Below, piece by piece: positions 42,001-50,100 of a stretch of 64,000 nt of DNA. The notes under the pieces were generated by a model. It saw nothing but the letters and a program-made list of their open reading frames with translations, made no database searches and was not told where the DNA came from. This DNA comes from an uncultured Pseudomonadales bacterium (GTDB taxonomy: Bacteria > Patescibacteriota > Microgenomatia > UBA1400 > UBA12028). Numbering within the stretch: the first letter of the stretch is position 1; the number at the start of each line of letters is the position of its first letter. Position numbers and translations under genes: made by a program. The stretch is taken from contig CAZDWN010000002.1 in NCBI GenBank assembly GCA_964509365.1, forward strand, positions 167,671 to 231,670, given 5' to 3'.

Positions 42001-43754
42001 GTTGTCGTACTTGCTCCCCCGACAGAGACGTTGAGATTTTGAGTGATGTACGTCCCATTGCTGATGGTGACCGTGTAGTCAACCGCTGGGATATTGGTAA
42101 ACGAGTAATTTCCGCTTCCATCGGTTGTCGTACTTCCTGTCAACGCATTCCCAGTCGTTGAAGTCCCCGTGTACGATACAGTCGCTCCTGCAATTGCTGA
42201 GGACGTACCTGCATCCGTAACGGTTCCAGACATACTTCCGGCACCCTGACACGGGACGCTTCCGGAATCGAAGAGTGAACCATTGTTGATGGTGTAGAAC
42301 TCGTAGTTTGCCTTGTTTTTGGTAAACGTGAGTTTCATCGCACCGTAATCTGTCGATCCACCAAGTGAGGCCAAGACATTGGAGTCACTAGTGATGATAT
42401 TGGTTGACCCGTGACCACCAGTGCCTACCAAGAGCTCTGCTACTCCTGAGGCTGTTGCTGTTCCTGGTGACGAAAGTCCGATATTTTTCCAACTTTGGTA
42501 CGAGTGATCGTGACCGAAGAGAAAGAGAGATCCTTTGTTGTTTACCATTGAGTCCCACACTTCATTTTGAGCCGTGTCAGATCCATGTGATCCGATACTC
42601 CAGCGTGGATGATGGGCATACGCGACGATACATTTGTTTGCATTGGCGGCAAGGTCAGCATCGAGCCACGTCTGTTGTGTCGTTTTTCCACCATTGATTG
42701 TATAGGAGGTATTAGTTGAGGGAATTGACGTCCAAGCATCTTTCAATGTCAGCGTAGTTGCCGTATTACTAGCAATATAGTGAGTTTCACCACCTGAGGT
42801 CACGGTCTGGTTCACCCACTGATTAATGCGCCAGTTTTTACCTGAGTCAGTCAATATACCGACGCCACTCACACCACCATTACTAAACGTTGAGTTTGAA
42901 CTGGTGGTTGTTTGAATTTTTGAGTAGTTTGTATTCAAGGCAATGAAGTGCCATCCACCTGCGTCGTAACTATAGTAGTTTGGAATGTTATTCCAATACC
43001 ACATGTAGCCTGTAGCAGAAGTATCAGCGAGGTATTCGTGATTACCGACTACTGGGTTGGTTTTATTAGCAAACTGCCCGAATTGGACATCATAGCGGTT
43101 TCGAAATTCTTCGTAGCCACCTTCGTAGTACACATCTCCCAGATACAAAGCCATATCTGGATTCCAACCGTTCATCATATTTGAAACGGTGACGTTGTTT
43201 GTCTCATCACTACTTCCGTCTCCGACGACGGCGACGACCATATTTCCTGAAGGATTTGGTGTTGTCGGGCTAAACGTATTTGAATTCACGGGAGCTGAAG
43301 AAACGCTATTACTCAAAGTAATGGTTTGGGTTGCAGGCGTGGAGTATGAGTCTCCTCCAGCAGTGGTAATCAAGGCTTTGACACTGAGTGTCCCGTTGGT
43401 AGTGTCCACATAATGACTGGTGTGCCAAGTGAAACCTGTGGAGACACCTGAAGTGAGCTTGAAGTTACTCGCAAGGTAGACTTCAGAGCCTCCGTTCGGA
43501 GTATAGGTGAAGTACAATTGTTTGAGAGCTGCACCGTTGCGTAGAGTCAAAGAGTTGTAACTTCCAGTGACGGAAGTATCTCCGGTCAATGTGGCCGGAT
43601 TTGAAGAGGGAGCATCCAAACATACAGTGACATCGTAGTATGTTACGTCGTTAGTGGTGACACATGTCGAGGCGAATGCGTCTTTTGGAAAGAACAGAGC
43701 CAAGGCGAACACGAGTACAAGAGCACACAGGGAGGATTGAATGTGTTTCAGCAT
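39045..43754 (-). CDS. Giant secreted protein (1569 aa): N-terminal metallophosphatase, then three [CarboxypepD_reg-like beta-sandwich + ~190-aa LamG/ConA-like] repeat units
   Basis: Signal peptide, then the motifs VVAVVGDGSSDE, LYLGDVYYEGG, VVGNHEY and FGHDHSYQ. CarbopepD_reg-like modules (GTVTDAGTSAAVSGVTVSYSGGSTTTNGSGVYT) are present. Three LamG-like units begin [IF][FA][SA][DE]DFE[ST]G... and end ...G.TNN[VT]GR[IL].LGE...GRT[FY]D[VI].FDD. Confidence 0.7.
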   Translation of the reverse strand: MLKHIQSSLCALVLVFALALFFPKDAFASTCVTTNDVTYYDVTVCLDAPSSNPATLTGDTSVTGSYNSLTLRNGAALKQLYFTYTPNGGSEVYLASNFKLTSGVSTGFTWHTSHYVDTTNGTLSVKALITTAGGDSYSTPATQTITLSNSVSSAPVNSNTFSPTTPNPSGNMVVAVVGDGSSDETNNVTVSNMMNGWNPDMALYLGDVYYEGGYEEFRNRYDVQFGQFANKTNPVVGNHEYLADTSATGYMWYWNNIPNYYSYDAGGWHFIALNTNYSKIQTTTSSNSTFSNGGVSGVGILTDSGKNWRINQWVNQTVTSGGETHYIASNTATTLTLKDAWTSIPSTNTSYTINGGKTTQQTWLDADLAANANKCIVAYAHHPRWSIGSHGSDTAQNEVWDSMVNNKGSLFLFGHDHSYQSWKNIGLSSPGTATASGVAELLVGTGGHGSTNIITSDSNVLASLGGSTDYGAMKLTFTKNKANYEFYTINNGSLFDSGSVPCQGAGSMSGTVTDAGTSSAIAGATVSYTGTSTTGNALTGSTTTDGSGNYSFTNIPAVDYTVTISNGTYITQNLNVSVGGASTTTQNASLVNNASITGTVTDAGTTSPVNGATVTYPGGSTTTDASGNYAIVGLGTGTAAISVSKSGYETKSANVATTTGSVVTQNFAMPAVIFSDDFESGNTSAWTTNTGSAITVQGTTYNLGTQAAEGNVASATANLRKTLASTYSNLYYRTYFYTKSQSTASGMGLLAMRTSADAAINKVYIDGPTGKLCYRNEISLTNTCSTTVPTQNAWHSVELHTIINGTSSTREVWYDGTAVSSLTSTSDSLGTNNVGRILLGESNSGRTFDVVFDDVILANAQSGVAVGSITGTVTDSLSTANVSGVTVSYSGSSTTTSAAGTYTLVNVPVGTVAVTASKTGYTTQNPNVSMNTTGTVTQNFSLAPTTGNITGTVTDAGTSAAVSGVTVSYSGGSTTTNGSGVYTITGVTPGTYDVTASKTGYTTKAASVTVTAATATTQNFALPLRIFADDFETGNMTAWTSTASMSAQTSNVHYGTYSAEGSTTGSVAVNAKKTFASSYADVYYRAYYKLVSQASGSNVSLIATRTAADGAMFKVYIDGTTNKLCMRNDITAVSTCSTTVPTANTWHSIEMHVFVNGSSASAHEVWLDGTSIATLTSSSANLGTNNTGRIYLGETTTGRTYDVIFDDVVVQNVRVGSAGGTITGTITDAQSSATLGGAGVSISSGSTTADGSGVYTLSDVAPGTYTVTASKTNYTNNTGSATVYAGSTSTVNIALTGSNIGTITGTVTDAGTSAAVSGVTVSYSGGSATTNGSGVYTLSGVASGTYTVTASKTGYTTQLASVTVTSGNTTTQNYALPLLILSEDFESGSLSYWTTNNNFSSQTTTVHAGTYAAEGNTTSAATNLRKTLSTSQPNVYLRTYFNMKSQAVGSGVGLVSMRDSSDVALIKVYIDGTTNKLCLRNEKTATNTCSTTVPTQNAWHSVELHSIINGTSSTHEVWYDGTLDTTFSSTSDDLGTTNVGRLVLGEVNTGRTFDILFDDAIAQNVSVGP
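39047..41789 (-). repeat. Three intragenic ~1 kb duplications (about 41204-41789, 40304-40874 and 39047-39644) with long near-identical DNA stretches
   Basis: ttcgacactgtgccaagcattttgcgttgggacggtcgt occurs identically at about 41356 and about 39253; a diverged copy lies near 40300. Confidence 0.55.
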
Positions 43755-43811
43755 ACTCTCAGTATTTCGAATTTGAGAGTGAGAGTCAATAAGGAATTGT
43801 GAGGCCTATCA

Positions 43812-44195
43812 CTACTTGACTATGATTGTCCCCACATTTTGTGGCAACATTTGGTTGTGATAAGTGTACTTGCCTGCTTTGGTGAAGACATGGATTAGTG
43901 TTTGATTGGGAGCGAATCGTCCAAGGTTGAGTTCTGGATATTTTCTGTTGGCTGGGTAATCGTCCGAGTTGACTGACGCGGGGACGAGGCTAGCGTTTTT
44001 AAATCGCACTGCTTGCCCGGGTTTGATCGTCAGCTCTTGAGGACTAAAACCGCTTGACGTCAGTGTCACGGTATTTTCAGTTATGGGAGCTGCAGGATTC
44101 CCAGAAGACTGTCGTCGGTATTTGCCTTCAAATAAGAGAAAGCCAAAAAGGATGATCAATCCGCCGACGATATACATTTGCATTTTAGTGGTCAT
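43812..44195 (-). CDS. Second small membrane-anchored degenerate cupredoxin-like protein (start MTTKMQ at 44195; the ATG overlaps the TGA of the upstream giant gene as ATGA)
   Basis: GAGGAG SD 6 nt upstream, a TM helix, then SGFSPQELTIKPGQAVRFKNAS...GKYTYHNQMLPQNVGTIIVK. It is paralogous to 38573-39040 but lacks both the Cys and His ligands. Confidence 0.45.
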   Translation of the reverse strand: MTTKMQMYIVGGLIILFGFLLFEGKYRRQSSGNPAAPITENTVTLTSSGFSPQELTIKPGQAVRFKNASLVPASVNSDDYPANRKYPELNLGRFAPNQTLIHVFTKAGKYTYHNQMLPQNVGTIIVK

Positions 44196-47100
44196 TTTCT
44201 TCTCCTCACGGTGCTGGCAAGCGACTTTTGCTGCCAGAGATAATACTTCGTTTTTCGATATGGCACAAACCCAGTTCGCATGACAAAGGTACCAGACCAG
44301 TTTCCCGGTGCGCAATTGTTTTTCGCTCTGACTTTAAAGGTATAGTACGTGAATGGGCGGAGTGCTCCAATCTGGATGGGGACAGCGCCACTCGAAGAGG
44401 TGATTGGGAAGTTATATGCATAGTAGTCATCATGCCAGTTGACTCCATAGGAGACGACAAATGAGGTATACGGTCGTGTCGGAGGTGCCATATACAACGT
44501 CGCAGTTGTTGCACTTGCGTCAATTTGATAGATCACTGGCGCTCCCAATGGTGGCATATCGACACAAGTCGTTTCCGCGATCGACGTGGAACTCCCTGAT
44601 CCACTATCGGAGAGCAGGTTCTGTGTCGATACAAGAGTAAAGAGAGAGAACTGCGAGATGCTGCAAGTGATCTGGAACGCATCAAGGGAGTTGGAGCAGT
44701 TTGCTTGTGACCAGGCTCCGTTATGGTACTGCATGACCGCGATACTGGATCGATTGATCCGATTCAATTCGCTTTCACTATAGGCAATCGTCATCGAGAT
44801 CGGTTGATCAAAATCCGTGATCGTGTCAGTGATCGACGAAAATGCTTTGACGTCATACGTGTGATTGCCAATCGTGTTGTATCCATTTGGGAGGAATAGT
44901 CCTTGCAATGCAATTGATGAATCGAGCTGGTGAATTTGAAAGACTGCTGAGTGCGTACTGTACCCGATCGGCACATACAGTCTCATTCCATGACCATTCG
45001 CGTCAAAGCCATCCACGATTCCTCCTGAACTGAAGGCGACTTGTCCATCAGACTCTTTGAGGACTCCTGAATTTCCGCTACAGCCTTGCGACGTAAAGAT
45101 TTGATCGTCGCTGACGGCACTATCGCCTACATCATTGAGTGATTTGATTTGGACATGATAGGTCGAGCAATTGACGAGTCCGCTCAACGTGACCGAGTGA
45201 TTGGTTACCCCATCCAAATCTGCAGATGAGTTCGCAGTGTAAAAACTCGTGAGTCCGTACGAGAGCTCAGAGTCAGCCAGCAAATTCGTCGTCCACGTCA
45301 GGATTGCTCCAGTCGAGGTGGGAGTGATCGAAAGATCTGAGATCGTCAAATTCCCTGAGGGAGTTGGAGAAGAGGTCGCAATCATTCCAAAATTGACAGA
45401 GGTGTTTGTGGTGACTGACACATCTACTAGATTTGGCGTCGTCCCTGTATATCCATTGGGGAGCGTGTACGCCACTGTATACGTTCCTTGGTTGAGTGAC
45501 GAGAATGTGTAATTCCCACTAGAGTCCGTCGTCGTGGAGCTATTGCTGCTCCCAGATAATGAGATGAGTTGATTTGCGTATCCAGTCTCAGCATTGTCTT
45601 GCACGCCGTTTTGATTGGTATCGATATAGAGCGTACCAGTCAATGAGAATGTTGGACTTGGCGTCGGCGTTGGGGAGGTGTTGACGCCAGTCCCTTCTGG
45701 AAGATCTGGTAAGTACGTGTGGAGCACATCGATGTAATTTTCTTCAAACAGCGATCCATTTGGGTTGACTGTCGCTGAAGCAGTGCTATTTGCTTGAGAT
45801 ACTTCGACACCAGGCTCTACAGATGATCCTTCTCCCCATTCGTTCCAGGTCTCGACGAGCTTCCAAGTGGCGTTGGAAGCGACCATACTTTGAGCCGCTG
45901 TCGAGAATGCCGATAAATCGCGAGGCAGTCTGACAATATCGCCTGTGAGCCAGAACCCTGGCGAGATCATGTATGCATACGCTCCTTGACTGTCGGTACG
46001 GACTGCAGGCGCATACTGATGCCAAGAATCGGGCTGGCAAGCGTCCGTCGTATATCCTCCAAATACTTTCAACACGACGTAAAACGGCGTGACCGCAGCA
46101 TCATTAGCCTGTTTCCAACGAGCCGTCATGGTCGAATCGTTACAGTTGGTATTTGAAGTCCCTCCATCAGTTGGTGTCGCATAGACAAAGATAACTGGCT
46201 TGTTATTGATGCGCAGATACGATGATTGATTTGCATAGTTTGAAGCAATGTAATTGAGGTCGGATGTCAGTTGGCTGACACTTGGGTTGGTCGTCCCATT
46301 ACACGTTCCCCCTTCACACTCGTAGTACATCGCCCAGCGCAAATTCGGATACGGATTATCAGGTCGTGACATAAAATCGGTCAACTGGTGAGACAGGGCG
46401 ACATCCGATCGATCCCCTTGGCCCCACCAGGAAGCGATCGCGACTTCTTGCTTTGCGTGCGCCATTTTTGTGAGCTGCCATTTGAAGATGTTGTAGTCAT
46501 TTGAGCTATACAGCGACGTCGATGGAGTAAACGTATCGACCACTGGCTGCGGCAAATAGTTTGAGTACCAGTTAGCAGGTGGCACATGAGTGCCATTTGC
46601 ATCTGGATCAGCCCAAATTCCCCACTGATTCGAACCATCGGTATTCGGGTTCTTGTACCAGTTATAAAAGAACGTCGCGTAGTAGGGAGCGGCTGGCTGG
46701 AAAGCCGTGTCGACTGTTTTGATTCCGAAGTTTACCGTACTGTCATTGGTGAATGTCGCGGTAACCGGATCAGCTGTCGTAGCTGTATATCCGGCTGCAA
46801 GTCTTGCGGTGACAGAGTAACTACCTGAAGTCAAATTACTAAACGTGTAAATACCAAAGGAGTCGGTGGTCGAGGATGACGATCCGGTGCCAGACAATTT
46901 GACAGTCACACCTGCCTGCCCTGCTTCATTGAGGTCTTGCACTCCGTCGTGATTCGAGTCGAGATAGACGGTACCTGTGATCGATACTGGCACCGCTGGA
47001 GTCGGTGTCGGAGTCGGGCTCGGAGTCGGCGTGGCTGCAGCAGTCAAGAAATGACAGTCGGCGGAACCACTCTCAGTAAAAGTGCCGTTGGTAAAGTTTT

Positions 47101-50100
47101 GAGTACTAGCCGATGGGACAAATTCATAGTCAAAGCTAGATTGATGCAACGTCATCTTGAGGACGCCAAACGTAGTCGCGTCAAAGACAGCACTATTCAC
47201 GTCGAGACCATTTGAAGACAGTTGTGTGTGATTACGTCCGCCAGTCCCGACGACAAACTCAGTGATTCCATTGGTGTTATCGACAAATCCACTGTTGTTC
47301 GTAGGATAAAATCGCTCGTAATTGTGATCGTGCCCGACGAGGAACACATCAGCATGCGCTGCATAGAGATCGCCGTAGAGATTGTCCACACCAGCGTTGT
47401 GAGGTTGCTGACCTGAGGAGTAGCGAGGATGATGCGCATAGGCGAGGAGACACTTTCCAGCGTTCGCCGCTAGATCAGCCTTGAGCCACACATCTTGAGG
47501 CGAACCATTGTCACACCCACCAGCCTGCGAACAATTGGTGTTGAGAGCCATCAAGTGCCAATTGCCAATATTGTAGCTATAGTAGCCAAGCGATCTGTTC
47601 CCAGCATTGCCAGATTGGATCCCAACTCCATTGAAATAGTCGAAGTACCCTGCAGCTGATGTCGTTAGGTACTCGTGGTTTCCCACCGATGGAGCTGTTA
47701 TCGATTTAAACAGCCCCCAAGTCGGATCATAATGCGTTTGAAAATCAGCGAGTGAACCGTCTTCATATTGATTGTCTCCGAGTGGAAGTACTGCACTCGG
47801 ATTGATATCCGCTATCGTATCTGAAGTTGCTGTTTCCTGGCATGACGCACTGGTACTTCCAGCTCCGCAGGCAATGTCTCCTGCGGCGGCGATCACTGGA
47901 TCGCCAAACAAGTCAGAGAAGTCCTCAGTCCCGACGTCAGCAGCGTGCCCCAGCAGCGGAGTGAGTCCAAAAATATTTTGAATGGTCTTGACGTACGAAC
48001 TGTGAGAGTAGGTGCGACTGTTTGAATAGCCGTGCCCTTTGGTTTGCGGTGATATCGCGATCATGCCTATCGGACGATTCGTCGTGCTTCCGCTGTCTTC
48101 ATCCCACATAACAAAGATCGCAGCATGCCCCGCCTGATAGGTTGCTGAATTCAAGATTGTCGGCAAATTTGTCGAGAGCCACGTGTCGGCGTTTTTTATT
48201 TTGTCTTCGCCACCTGGACAACCTGCGTCGTGCCCATCATTACAGGTATTTGGAGTGATGAAGTTATAGTCAGCTACCCCATTGCCTGTACCAGCGAGGT
48301 CCGAGGAAAGCTGAGTAAAGTCAAACTCGTGAGCGATACAATACGTAGAGCTTGCATTTGGTGTCCCTATTCCGCCAGGAGCCAACAGTGATGAGACATC
48401 TTGGAAGAATACAAACGGACTGTGGCGAGGGATAAAGCGTGTCCCATTTCCGATTGGACAACCTGACGGTTTGTTTTCCTGATAGGCCCTCCAGACTTTC
48501 CCGGCGGTATTGAGTTGCGTAGCCAAATGAGCTGAGGACGTCGTCGACGACGACGTTGGCGTGTCGTCCACAGTAAACGTAATATCAGAAAAGATATTTG
48601 TCCCAGCTTCCATCCAGATATAATTAGGCTCAGATGGATGCAAGTATCCTGAGAGGGTTTCACTCGGCAGCACACTTCGATAATTTTGAGCGTACACGAC
48701 ATTGGAATGCACCGCATTCAAAGAGCCATCTGTATTCACACCACTGACGAGGCTATTGAGGTACGGGGCTGAAGTGGTATTGCCAATGACGTTAGCGCCA
48801 TCTTCGTTTTCAAGCACAATCGTGAATACTTTCGTGATGTTGGCTGAGAATGAGTACGGTACCACTGGTACTGGCGTCGGGACTGGTGTGGGCACCGGCG
48901 TCGGAGTTACGATGGTCGAGTTCTGGACCTGCAAGTCATCAAATGAGACACTGACAGGCATATTCGTCACTGCACCAAGTCGTCCAAGCAGTCCAATCGA
49001 GCCCGCTTGTTGCAAGATCGTAGCCGAATCTGTCGTCGTATAGTGCCAGGAGCTTGGTTCCGTATTCCCATCCAGCCACGCTCTGGCATTGATGGTCGTC
49101 GGTGCACCTCCTTGCAGTTGCACATGGACGTCCAGCCACGACCCAACCGTGTAGGTGAGCCCCGCGACTTGCGTCTCCGTCCCGAGCCCAGTCTCAGCGT
49201 TTGTGAGTATTTTTGAAGAACGTAAAAACACGTGACCTGATGGATCCACTCGTACCCATCCTCGATACTCATTGCCGCTCGAGACATGCCGTCCGATGAG
49301 GTAGACATAATTTCCAGTCGATACGTCTGGTAATTTGTCATATTTAATTTTGACCGTGTAGTCGACGTTTTGGGCACTCACATTATCAAGTCGCACTGTA
49401 CGCTGATTGGCACTTCCAGTGGCCGTCAGGACGATGGTCCCTTGTGCCCCATCGACCAAGAATGCACTTGCTGAACCTACTTGGGTATAGGAACCTCCAG
49501 TGTCTGCACTTCCCCATCCATTCGCGATGATGCGAGTAAATGTATCCATTGCAACTGTTGACGTCGTTGATTGTTGGATACCGACATTGCTCACCGTATT
49601 TGTCGAGAGTGGCACAGTGACCGGATTAGTCGTCGTCGAAAGGTACCCATTTGGGAGCGTGATTGTCTCGGTATACGTCCCCGCAGGTAGCGTCGCAAAT
49701 GTATAGTCACCGGTAGCATCGGTCGTCGTGGACGCAGACGTCGTTCCGGTAATCGAGACGGTAACGCCTTGATATCCACTTTCTGAGATGTCCTGCACGC
49801 CATTGCCATCCAAGTCCACGTACACTTTTCCACTCAGAGAATACGTTGGCGCCGCAGTTGGCGTCGGTGTCGGAGCGATCGTATCAGCGGTGAGTGAAGC
49901 GTACGTAAACAGGATTGGGGCGTTATTCACGGCTGCAGGAAGAGAGGATCGTACACCGACCGCACCTGGAGCCTGAAGACCAGATTCGGAGTCTGTCCCA
50001 GTAAAAGTCCAGCTCCCTGGCTCAGCATCACCATCTTTCCAAAGCTTCAAATTCATGGTTGTCGGATTGATCCCAGTGACCTGTGAGCGGATCCAGTAAT

